The notes: generated from the letters alone by a model not told the origin. A DNA stretch of 24,658 nucleotides from Campylobacteraceae bacterium (GCA_027081355.1 JALWKP010000031.1:1-24658); one strand, 5' to 3'; shown: positions 8,766 to 16,442, counted from the first letter of the stretch. Program-made: numbers and translations.

Positions 8766-9875
8766 CTATTTAAGCTTAAACATTCCATTTAATACACCAT
8801 CTAATCCGTTGTAAATATTTAAAGTTCCGACAGTTCGTGTAATTTTTTCTAATGCTTCAAGCTCTTTCAAACGCGCTAAAGTCGGATTATCTTTCATTAA
8901 TTTTGCTGTATTAAGCAAAGAGCGTGTTGCTGCAGTTTCTTCACGGCGTTTAATAATATTAGCTTCTGCACGCTTTTTTGCTTCAATAACTTTATTAAAA
9001 ATTTCACGCATTTCACCAGGTAAAATTATGTCTTTAATATGTATATTTTTTAATTCAACACCGATACCATCTAAACTTTTTTTGAAATTTTGAACAATTT
9101 CTCCAGAAATTCTGTGCTGTTTTTGCAGCACTTCGTCAATTTCTAAATTGCCAATATGCTCTCGCACTGCAAATTGCAGCTGTTTATAGATGTATTCGTC
9201 TGCATCTTCTGCTTCGGTTATAAATTTTAAGCCGTCTGCAATTTTATAGTGCAGCACTGCATTTAGGCGGATTGTAACTTTATCCTTTGTTAGCAGTTCC
9301 TGCTGATTTAACGAAAGCTCTTTTAAGCGCTTATCAATTTGAGAAACTGTAATGGTGTTTAACTCATTAAAAAAGTAATATACTCCCGAATTTAGAGTCT
9401 TTTCATATTTTCCATTCCTAAACAGATATGCTTCTTCGCCTTCTCTTACATAAACTTTTAAAACAGAACTTGGCAAAATTTTCATTGTTTCAATATAATC
9501 GGCTTGCTCTTTGTTTAATTGATAATTGCTTCGGATATCAACCTTTTGCACTTGCAAATCAAGCTCTTTAAAATAGAGTTTTACAGCACCCAAAGGTAAA
9601 AAATCAGTAAATTTGCCGTCAATTTTTACAAAAGCCCTTTCATAGTCGTTTAACTCGATAATTTTAAACTCTTGATTGACAATTTCTATAAAGTTTTTGT
9701 AAAGCAGTTTTGCTTTTTCTCCGCTTATGCCGTTTTCTTTTTTATCGATAATTTCTACTCTATATCTGCCAAAAGGGTTAAAAAGTTTATGCACGCCGGT
9801 ATCTAACACCTTTATTAACTTTTCATCTTTGTAAACTAATGCTTTTTCACTCTCTTTTATTCTTATCTTAAACAT
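8766..9875 (-). CDS. SPFH/band-7 (stomatin/HflK/C-like) domain protein with no transmembrane segment and an N-terminal SPFH-like partial duplication
   Basis: The C-terminal half reads QELLTKDKVTIRLNAVLHYKIADGLKF...IKDIILPGEMREIFNKVIEAKKRAEANIIKRREETAATRSLLNTAKLMKDNP..ARLKELEALEKI, a canonical SPFH core. The start is trimmed to MFKIRI, which has AGGAG 6 nt upstream. The track start MLLALTKGDK lacks an SD. Confidence 0.65.
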   Translation of the reverse strand: MFKIRIKESEKALVYKDEKLIKVLDTGVHKLFNPFGRYRVEIIDKKENGISGEKAKLLYKNFIEIVNQEFKIIELNDYERAFVKIDGKFTDFLPLGAVKLYFKELDLQVQKVDIRSNYQLNKEQADYIETMKILPSSVLKVYVREGEEAYLFRNGKYEKTLNSGVYYFFNELNTITVSQIDKRLKELSLNQQELLTKDKVTIRLNAVLHYKIADGLKFITEAEDADEYIYKQLQFAVREHIGNLEIDEVLQKQHRISGEIVQNFKKSLDGIGVELKNIHIKDIILPGEMREIFNKVIEAKKRAEANIIKRREETAATRSLLNTAKLMKDNPTLARLKELEALEKITRTVGTLNIYNGLDGVLNGMFKLK

Positions 9876-9964
9876 TTTATCTCCTTTTGTTAAAGCTAAA
9901 AGCATAAAGCTCTAAGCTAAAAGCAGTTTGAATCTTATTGCTCTAAACTTGAAGCTTTTATTTA

Positions 9965-10001
9965 GGGCTTTGTTTTAAAGCATTGCTTTTAAACAAAGCC
10001 C
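9965..10001. promoter_or_regulatory. Long near-perfect hairpin (16-bp stem, 5-nt loop) in the SPFH gene upstream region
   Basis: gggctttgttttaaag-cattg-cttttaaacaaagccc. There is one mismatch in the stem. Confidence 0.5.
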
Positions 10002-10024
10002 AAGTTTTAAACGGAAAGCTGCGG

Positions 10025-10077
10025 GGTTAAAGTATTTGCGCGTCCTTAAGCGTAAAAACGCGCTTTTTGCTTTAACC
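10025..10077. promoter_or_regulatory. Nested hairpin (8-bp outer stem enclosing a 6-bp GC stem)
   Basis: ggttaaag...gcgcgt-ccttaagcgtaaaa-acgcgc...ctttaacc. Confidence 0.4.
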
Positions 10078-10149
10078 TCAAGGCAATTTTTCTGGTTTAA
10101 AGCTTTTAAGAAAATTTAAAATAAAAATTACATCCAAAATGTAATGCCT

Positions 10150-10330
10150 TACCACTTGGCTGCCAATACCAAACTGCGGTATCGGGCGGGACTCGAACCC
10201 GCGAACTTATAGAACGCCTTGTTTCTTTCAAGGGGCAGGAGTCGAACCTGCAAATTCCTACAGAGTAACTTCACTCAAGTTACAGAGGTGTATTCTAATA
10301 CACAAACCGCATAGCGGAAGTGCAAGGCAG
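10150..10330 (-). other. Cluster of tRNA-like fragments or structured RNA. There are two T-arm/acceptor-like 3' tRNA fragments plus three further stem-loops, none forming a canonical tRNA. They may be pseudo-tRNA or integration-site remnants, or an unrecognised ncRNA
   Basis: Minus-strand reading gives GCAGGTTCGACTCCTGC (rc of 10235-10251) and GCGGGTTCGAGTCCCGC-CCGATAC-C (rc of 10178-10202). Both match the T-stem/T-loop consensus GGTTCGA(N)TCC seen in the real tRNAs at 17941-18454. No partner acceptor or D-arm is present. Additional hairpins are GTGTATT-AGA-AATACAC, GTAACTT-GAGTG-AAGTTAC and CCTTG-AAAGAAA-CAAGG. Confidence 0.35.
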
Positions 10331-10418
10331 AAGCCAGGCAAAAGCTTGAAACTTCCTTTACACGCTGTAATTATATTTTAAAAAACGGACATATAGTGTC
10401 TTTTGGGAAAAATGGAGT

Positions 10419-11306
10419 TTAGTCAATTTCAAGATATACAAGTTTTGTAAGAGCAAAGATGCTATCGTTATCATCGCTTATCATTAAGTAGCGGTTTTTG
10501 CCGATTTTGGCTAAACCTTCAAAATTTTCCATATTAAAAAAACGGTTTATTTTAAGTTTCAATAAAAGTTCTTGCCTGCCGGTTTCTAAATTTAACTCTG
10601 CCAAGTTTACCTCAAATTTGCCTATAAACCAGTTGAATGCCCGCTCTAATACTAAAATATGTTTATCATCCATCACTTCTATTTCGGATATTCCATTTCT
10701 TTTTATCTTTTCCATTTTAAATTTCCACTCTCTGCCTTTAGTGGAATATATAGTTTGGTTTTCTCTTTTAGTCCCTTTTTTTGGATACTCTAAAGCAGTT
10801 AAAAAACCGTATTTTTTATGCCATGCTAAAGACTCCAAAGATTTATTAGGCGAGCTTACTTCAATATTCTGCAAAGATTTTGGCAATTTGACTTCATTTA
10901 ACCTTATACCTGTTTTGCTAAAGTGATAAATTTTAGTAATTCTTTCAAAACTGATATAGAGTTCTCCTTTGTTATCTAGCGCCATTCCTTCACTGTCTCG
11001 TTGATTGTCTTTTAATATTTTACCGTTTTTGTCCCGCAGCCGGTAAGAGTGCAAAGGTTTTAATTTAAAGCCGCTGTTGCTAAATTTTGCTTTAAAGGTA
11101 AATAGAAACCCTTTATCGCTTAGCATATATAAAATCGAACTCTTTTTATCATAAGCCAAATCTGAAATTTCAGATAATTTATTGCCGTCAATAGTATATT
11201 TTAAATTTTTCTGGCTGATTATTTTAACTTTTTTACTTGCATTTACAGGTATTATTTCAAATGCATTTAAACTTATGAATAAAAATAAAAAAATAGATAT
11301 TTTCAT
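10419..11306 (-). CDS. Secreted beta-propeller-like protein, phytase-like esterase / SdiA-regulated family (tentative)
   Basis: Signal peptide MKISIFLFLFISLNAFE. Motifs SEISDLAYDKKSSILYMLSDKG and SEGMALDNKGELYISFE recall the esterase-like activity of phytase family. The start is trimmed from the track's MQRFHY..., which is encoded inside repeat copy B. Confidence 0.5.
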   Translation of the reverse strand: MKISIFLFLFISLNAFEIIPVNASKKVKIISQKNLKYTIDGNKLSEISDLAYDKKSSILYMLSDKGFLFTFKAKFSNSGFKLKPLHSYRLRDKNGKILKDNQRDSEGMALDNKGELYISFERITKIYHFSKTGIRLNEVKLPKSLQNIEVSSPNKSLESLAWHKKYGFLTALEYPKKGTKRENQTIYSTKGREWKFKMEKIKRNGISEIEVMDDKHILVLERAFNWFIGKFEVNLAELNLETGRQELLLKLKINRFFNMENFEGLAKIGKNRYLMISDDNDSIFALTKLVYLEID

Positions 11307-11350
11307 ATATTGTCCTATATTAGACTTGTTGCAATATAAGTGCGGATAAT

Positions 11351-11515
11351 GAAACCGCTGCACAATAGCAAGCCCAAATTACAGCGTTATAAAATATCGT
11401 AAATCAAAAAAAATTATTTTTAGGCTTAGCTTTGACCAGGCTTTTAAGTAATTTTATTTAATTTTTGATACTTTCTGGCACCATACTTTGAAACTAGATA
11501 TTGCGCAGCGGTCTC
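11351..11515 (-). mobile_element. MITE-like dispersed element, copy B (165 bp, imperfect 17/19 inverted repeat, opposite orientation to copy A)
   Basis: gaaaccgctgcacaatag...gcccaaattacagcgttataaaatatcgtaaatcaaaaaaa...cttagctttgaccaggc...tttgatactttctggcaccatactttgaaactagatattgcgcagcggtctc. Its reverse complement aligns base-for-base with copy A. Confidence 0.75.
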
Positions 11516-11550
11516 ATAATTTGTTTATGGCATTTCATCGAACATAGCTT

Positions 11551-11577
11551 AAAGAGCAGATGCGCAGCCTGCTCTTT
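11551..11577. terminator. 9-bp perfect hairpin between the wza stop and repeat copy B (no clear U-tract)
   Basis: aaagagcag-atgcgcagc-ctgctcttt. Confidence 0.3.
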
Positions 11578-11594
11578 GTAAACAAATCTGTCAA

Positions 11595-12344
11595 TTAATC
11601 TGTCAAAGCCTTAACAGTAGCAAACGGCGAAACTATATTGGAAATCAGCTGTAATGGATAAACCATATTTGTTGTATTAAGTTTAAACTCTTTTGAACTG
11701 TCTGGCTGAACATAAATTATATCGTTTGGCTTAATTATAATATTTGAAGCTTGCAATTTGTTAAAGTTTGTCAAGTCAAGTCTTCTCATATGCATTTTTC
11801 CATTTGCATCTGTGCTGATTACTATTATGTTATTTCTGACTGCATGGTCGGTTAAATCTCCTGCTGATGCAATAGCCTGCAATATTGTCATATACTCTTT
11901 ATCTACTTTAATCGGTCCGGGTTTTTTAACTTCGCCTAATACATAAATTCTTTTGTTTAAAACTTCTAAATTCAAAGCAGGGTTTCTTAAATATTTAGAG
12001 TATCTTCTCTCTAACATTTTAGCAGCCTCAGTCTGGGTCAAACCTGCTACATGGACTCTATGAATTAAAGGCAAAGAGATATCGCCGTTGCTATCGACTA
12101 AAATACCGTTGCTGTTAGGAGGAATTAAATCCGGATGCTGGTAAATAGTAATTGCCAATCTGTCATTTTTTAATATTCTGTAATCTATTTTAGCAGGAAT
12201 ATTTCCGTCATAACTTTGAGAAACCGAAGCTGCGCCGTCGGAATTTGAACTATCTATACTTTTATCTTGAAGCAGCTTATAATTCTTTGGAGCACAGCCT
12301 GTTATCAACAAAAGCATCACTAGCAGTATTATTTTCTTTAGCAT
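11595..12344 (-). CDS. wza: Polysaccharide export outer-membrane lipoprotein, Wza/OPX family
   Basis: Lipobox LLITGC. Poly_export-like YRILKNDRLAITIY and SLBB-type repeats (IYVLGEVKKPGPIKV, IIKPNDIIYV). SD AAGGA. Confidence 0.78.
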   Translation of the reverse strand: MLKKIILLVMLLLITGCAPKNYKLLQDKSIDSSNSDGAASVSQSYDGNIPAKIDYRILKNDRLAITIYQHPDLIPPNSNGILVDSNGDISLPLIHRVHVAGLTQTEAAKMLERRYSKYLRNPALNLEVLNKRIYVLGEVKKPGPIKVDKEYMTILQAIASAGDLTDHAVRNNIIVISTDANGKMHMRRLDLTNFNKLQASNIIIKPNDIIYVQPDSSKEFKLNTTNMVYPLQLISNIVSPFATVKALTD

Positions 12345-12347
12345 TTT

Positions 12348-13085
12348 TTATCCTTTTAAATTATTAAGAACTCTGTTTTTCTTAAAAATAGAGTTGTAAA
12401 TGTCTAACCTGCGAACCTCTTTTAAGCCTTCTATGTGCCTTAAACCATGGGCATCGCTTCCTACAAAATCCACCAGTCCGTTATTAACCAAATACTCGGC
12501 TTTATGCTTAGATTCTTTTCCGTATGCACCTGCTAAGGAGTTTAAATTCATTTGAAATAATACTCCAATATTTTTTAATGTTGCATACTCTTTAGCCGGA
12601 TTGCTGATATATCTATAGCGCTCAGGATGGGCAAAAACCGGAGTATAACCATTGGCTTGTATTTCAAATATCATATCTTCCAAATAGTAAGGTTTATGCG
12701 AAAAAGAGCTTTCAAAAAGCAAATAATTTTCGCCAAAAGTTAAAATATCCCCGCTTTCTAAATGCTCTAAAAAGCCGTCGTCTAAATAATATTCAGCCGC
12801 TGCTTCTATTTTAATTTTTAATCCTCTCAATTTTGCTTCTTTTTGCAGCAGTGCCAGGCTTTTTTTTATTTTAGCAGGTGTATTTTTATAAACATCAGCC
12901 ATAATATGGGGCGTTGCCACAATCTTTTCATATCCTAGCTCTTGCATTGCTTTAAGCATGGCGATAGATTCGCCCAAACTCTTTGCGCCATCATCAAGCG
13001 ACGGAAGAATGTGAGAATGAATATCGGTTGTCAATCGATATTTTGCCTCATTTTTTTTACTCTTTTTAAAAAACCAAAATGTCAT
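12348..13085 (-). CDS. wzb: Protein-tyrosine phosphatase, PHP-type (CpsB/YwqE-like), manganese-dependent
   Basis: DIHSHILPSLDDG..., ...TPHI..., ...FAHPERY..., ...GSDAHG... are PHP-domain metal-binding motifs. The start is trimmed to ATG 13085 (MTFWFF), which has AAGGTGG 5 nt upstream. The track start at 13094 is GTG. Confidence 0.78.
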   Translation of the reverse strand: MTFWFFKKSKKNEAKYRLTTDIHSHILPSLDDGAKSLGESIAMLKAMQELGYEKIVATPHIMADVYKNTPAKIKKSLALLQKEAKLRGLKIKIEAAAEYYLDDGFLEHLESGDILTFGENYLLFESSFSHKPYYLEDMIFEIQANGYTPVFAHPERYRYISNPAKEYATLKNIGVLFQMNLNSLAGAYGKESKHKAEYLVNNGLVDFVGSDAHGLRHIEGLKEVRRLDIYNSIFKKNRVLNNLKG

Positions 13086-13096
13086 TTTTACCACCT

Positions 13097-15355
13097 TTAC
13101 TTATAATATCCATATCCATAACCGTAACCGTAACCGCCTTTAGTCAATTTAATATCGTTATAAACAATTCCCAAACCTTTAATTTGCTCTTCTTTTAAAC
13201 TGTCTAAATTTTCTAAAAATACCTTTTTAGAGTAATTTTCCCTGACTACATAAAGGTTAATATCGCATAAATCCATAACAACCCTTGCATCCGAAACCAA
13301 ACCTATTGGAGGCGTATCTAAAATAATAACTTCATAAACATCTTGTAATCTTGTCATTAACTCTTTAAATGCTTTGCTGTTTACCAATTCGCTTGGATTT
13401 GGAGGAATCGGTCCAGAGGTAATTACATCCAGATTTTCATATTCTGTCTGTTGTATTACTTCATAAAGCAGACTCTTGCCCGAAAGATAGGTGCTCATTC
13501 CCTTGCTGTTTTTTAAACCAAATTTTTTATACAGTGTAGGCTTGCGCATATCTACATTAATTATAATTGTATTTTGCCCCGTCATACTGATAATCGTTGC
13601 TAAATTAACAGCTGTAAATGTTTTGCCTTCGCCCGATATTGTTGAGCTTATGCTTATTGTTTTTTTATCCTCCCGAACCATAAATTGTAAATTTGTCCTA
13701 AGCGAGCGGAAACTTTCTGCGATTGCCGATTTTGGCGAATTTGCCACAGCCACAGTATCAGATTTATATTCTGTATGTGTAATGGTTCCGACAATAGGCA
13801 CAGAAGTCAGCTTTTCTATATCTTCTTTAGACTCTATTTTATCATTTGTCAAACTCTTAAAAAATGCCAAAACAATACCTAAAATCAATCCGACTGTTGC
13901 TCCGCCTATAACAATTAGTTTTTTCTTAGGTTTTACCGGCTTATCCGGAACCTCGGCTCTGTCAATAATTCTATTGCTGCTAATTGTCGAAGCCTTAATT
14001 ATAGAACTCTCCGAGCGTTTTTCAAGCAAATATGAGTATATTTTCTCATTAACCAAAAAGCGTCTTTTTAAATTGGTCAAAACCTTTTCGCTTTTTGGCA
14101 GCTTTGAAATTTGCATATTTTGTTTTCTAAGCTCTTCTTTTGCATAAGCTTCTCTCTCTTTAAGAAGTTTTAACGTATTTTTTATACTTCTAAGAATAGA
14201 ACGCTTAAGTTCTATAATCTGACTTGTAACTTTTATGACATCTGGATGCGCATTTGTATATTCTTGCAAAAGCATTCTTTTTTTTACAATTGCATTTTGC
14301 AGCTGCTGCACCATTGAAATTAAAGAGTTTCCGTCCTGTCCCATGCCGACAATCGAAATGCTTTCTAATCCTTTGCCGCTTTTTACCTGATTATAAAGCG
14401 TTTGCACAACTTCCCGCTCTAATGATATTTTTGTAAGCTGGGTTTCAAGTTTTGCCGATTGCTCAATTGCAGATTTGGCTTTTGTGCTTAAATTTATAAT
14501 ATTGCTTCTTTTTTTATAATCTTCTAATTTGTCTTCAGACTCTTTTAAATTTTTAGTAATAATTTTTAACTGTTTGTCTATAAAACTGATTCTTTTTGTC
14601 GCTTCTTTTGTTTTACGCTCAATACTTTGTTTAATATACGCTTCTGCCAATGCATTAACATATTCCTGCGCCCGCTTTGCTATATTGTCTTCAAAAGAAA
14701 TAACAATAACCGAAGCTTTAGGAGAAGCCTGTTTTACCTTTAAATTTTTATTTAATTCATTTAAAACAGTTTTTAATTTTTCCTCTTCGTAAATATATTT
14801 TTTAAACTTAAATTTGCCTGTTTTGTCTATTTTTATTTCAAAATAAGGACCCTTTATCCATTTACCGAATTCTGCCTCTTCTTTAAACTCTTTTTTGCCT
14901 TTTTTCTTAGCCTCTAAGATAAATTTATTTCCTTCTTTTGGATATACATAAAAAAGAACACCATACCCCTTTTTTAATTCGGCTTTAAAAGGCGCATTTT
15001 TATATATTTCTGTTTTTTTATAATTTTTTTCATAATAATAATGGTGCAAAAAATCAACTTTCTTTAAAGCCATTTTAGATACAAAATGTGATTTAAGTAT
15101 CTGTATTTCAGTATCAACATTAGAAGATTGAGACAGCGCCGAAGCCAATATGTCGTTTACTGAAGGTCCTGATTTTCTGGCGCTTATTTCTAATGTTGCA
15201 ACAGCTTTGTAAATATTTGGCTGAAAATAAACATACGCCGCTGCAAGCGCTGCTGTTAAAATAGTTAAAAAAGTTATTAAAATTTTATGCTGAAGCGGTA
15301 TTTCGATAAGTTTTGAAAAACTTATCTCATCCACATTATACTCTTTGTTTTTCAC
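13097..15355 (-). CDS. wzc: Polysaccharide co-polymerase / BY tyrosine autokinase (Wzc, PCP-2a), full-length fused form
   Basis: Two TM segments flank a long coiled-coil periplasmic region. Walker A SGEGKTFTAVNLA and Walker B VIILDTPPIGLVSDA. The C-terminal tyrosine cluster is GGYGYGYGYGYYK. The start codon is GTG. Confidence 0.88.
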   Translation of the reverse strand: MKNKEYNVDEISFSKLIEIPLQHKILITFLTILTAALAAAYVYFQPNIYKAVATLEISARKSGPSVNDILASALSQSSNVDTEIQILKSHFVSKMALKKVDFLHHYYYEKNYKKTEIYKNAPFKAELKKGYGVLFYVYPKEGNKFILEAKKKGKKEFKEEAEFGKWIKGPYFEIKIDKTGKFKFKKYIYEEEKLKTVLNELNKNLKVKQASPKASVIVISFEDNIAKRAQEYVNALAEAYIKQSIERKTKEATKRISFIDKQLKIITKNLKESEDKLEDYKKRSNIINLSTKAKSAIEQSAKLETQLTKISLEREVVQTLYNQVKSGKGLESISIVGMGQDGNSLISMVQQLQNAIVKKRMLLQEYTNAHPDVIKVTSQIIELKRSILRSIKNTLKLLKEREAYAKEELRKQNMQISKLPKSEKVLTNLKRRFLVNEKIYSYLLEKRSESSIIKASTISSNRIIDRAEVPDKPVKPKKKLIVIGGATVGLILGIVLAFFKSLTNDKIESKEDIEKLTSVPIVGTITHTEYKSDTVAVANSPKSAIAESFRSLRTNLQFMVREDKKTISISSTISGEGKTFTAVNLATIISMTGQNTIIINVDMRKPTLYKKFGLKNSKGMSTYLSGKSLLYEVIQQTEYENLDVITSGPIPPNPSELVNSKAFKELMTRLQDVYEVIILDTPPIGLVSDARVVMDLCDINLYVVRENYSKKVFLENLDSLKEEQIKGLGIVYNDIKLTKGGYGYGYGYGYYK
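13106..13135. repeat. Hexanucleotide-periodic tract (tcc/acc + ata/gta, 5 units) encoding the (GY)5 C-terminal tail of Wzc
   Basis: atatccatatccataaccgtaaccgtaacc. Confidence 0.6.
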
Positions 15356-15437
15356 TATTATGCCTTTTTTTTAAAATTTATATTAAAATTCTACCATTAA
15401 ATGGGCAACTCCTTTAAAAAAATTCAATTTTGCCATT

Positions 15438-16202
15438 TTATCTGTTGATTATTGCTCTTTTTATAAAGTTTTTTCCTTTTCTTAATGCATAAGTTTTATA
15501 CCACTCAATATCATTTGCCGCCCAGTGCTCAGGATGAATGTTAAACATTATTACATTTGGCAGCAAATCGCTTTTTAAAGCGTCAATAATATCTTCGGTA
15601 TGAGTAAAATAAAAATTATAACCGCTATTGACTCTGTCTCTTAAATTTACTTCGATATTATCCCAGGTTCTGCTGGCATCAGTTATGTAAAGAACTTCTG
15701 AAAAATCAATATCAAAATACGGTTCGCTTAATAATCCGTAATCTTTATAATCATATTTTCCCCAAAGCAGACGGCTGTCCCATTTAGAAATTGGTCTTCC
15801 ATGCATTGCAATATTTTTTACCGGATATATCTGCCTTAACATTTTTAAATTTTTTTCAAAATCTTTTATTGCAGCTTCATAATCTCCGTTAGTTTGAGCC
15901 AAAGATTCGTAATGATAAGCAATTTCATGCCCCAAAGAAGCGATTTTAGAAATTATCTCGGGCTTAAAAGTCTGTTTGACTGTTCTAAAATAATAAGTAG
16001 CTTTAACCCCTAAAGCATTTTCTAAAATTGCTGCTTTTAAAGAATTTTCCGGTTTTCTATCAACATCGTGCCTCATTAAAACATATTTTTTGGCAGAACT
16101 AATATATTGAGTAAAGTAATCTTCTACGGTAATAAACTCATATTTAAAATTTATAAACTCCTGCAAGAGCATTTTGTATGTATCAAATGTAAAATCTTTC
16201 AT
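15438..16202 (-). CDS. Putative polysaccharide deacetylase / carbohydrate-esterase-like protein (divergent)
   Basis: 254 aa and cytoplasmic (no signal peptide). An LMRHDVD motif and His-rich segments (HYESL, HGRPISKWD, HPEHW) fit a metal-dependent deacetylase fold. Family assignment is by motif recollection only. The start context is anomalous (see findings). Confidence 0.4.
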   Translation of the reverse strand: MKDFTFDTYKMLLQEFINFKYEFITVEDYFTQYISSAKKYVLMRHDVDRKPENSLKAAILENALGVKATYYFRTVKQTFKPEIISKIASLGHEIAYHYESLAQTNGDYEAAIKDFEKNLKMLRQIYPVKNIAMHGRPISKWDSRLLWGKYDYKDYGLLSEPYFDIDFSEVLYITDASRTWDNIEVNLRDRVNSGYNFYFTHTEDIIDALKSDLLPNVIMFNIHPEHWAANDIEWYKTYALRKGKNFIKRAIINR

Positions 16203-16442
16203 TATTTTCCCTTTGTAAATATTGCAATTTAATTTGCATTATATCTAAAATACAAAGGAGCAGTAAAAATATATTTCAATTCTAAAATTATATTCATTGA
16301 ATATATCAATATGCCATATAATGGGAGAGCTTTGGCTTTTGCCAATGGAATAGCCGCTATATTTGCAAAGATGGCAGTGTTAATCGAAGCAGATACTCTA
16401 AGCTTTGCGCTGCTTGTTCTTAGCTTTTTCAGCCGGGATGGT

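Noticed and set aside
10305-10345. Resemblance of GGAAGTGCAAGGCAGAAGCCAGG to the SRP (4.5S) RNA domain IV motif GGAAGCAGCCAAGGCAGA
   Set aside because: The flanking sequence cannot form the GGAA-tetraloop helix with a conserved 5' strand (only 2 bp pair). It is probably coincidental. An Rfam scan would settle it.
9906-10418. tmRNA (ssrA) hypothesis for the 500-bp ORF-free structured region
   Set aside because: There is no GGGG...acceptor 5' end pairing with a ...TCCACCA 3' end. The only in-frame peptide ending at a TAA near the hairpins reads ...KQKARFYA*, unlike tmRNA tags as I recall them (which end in motifs like ...YALAA or ...AKAA). The two T-arm-like motifs are only about 50 nt apart rather than at the termini of a 350-nt RNA. 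It is kept as a tRNA-fragment or structured-RNA finding instead.
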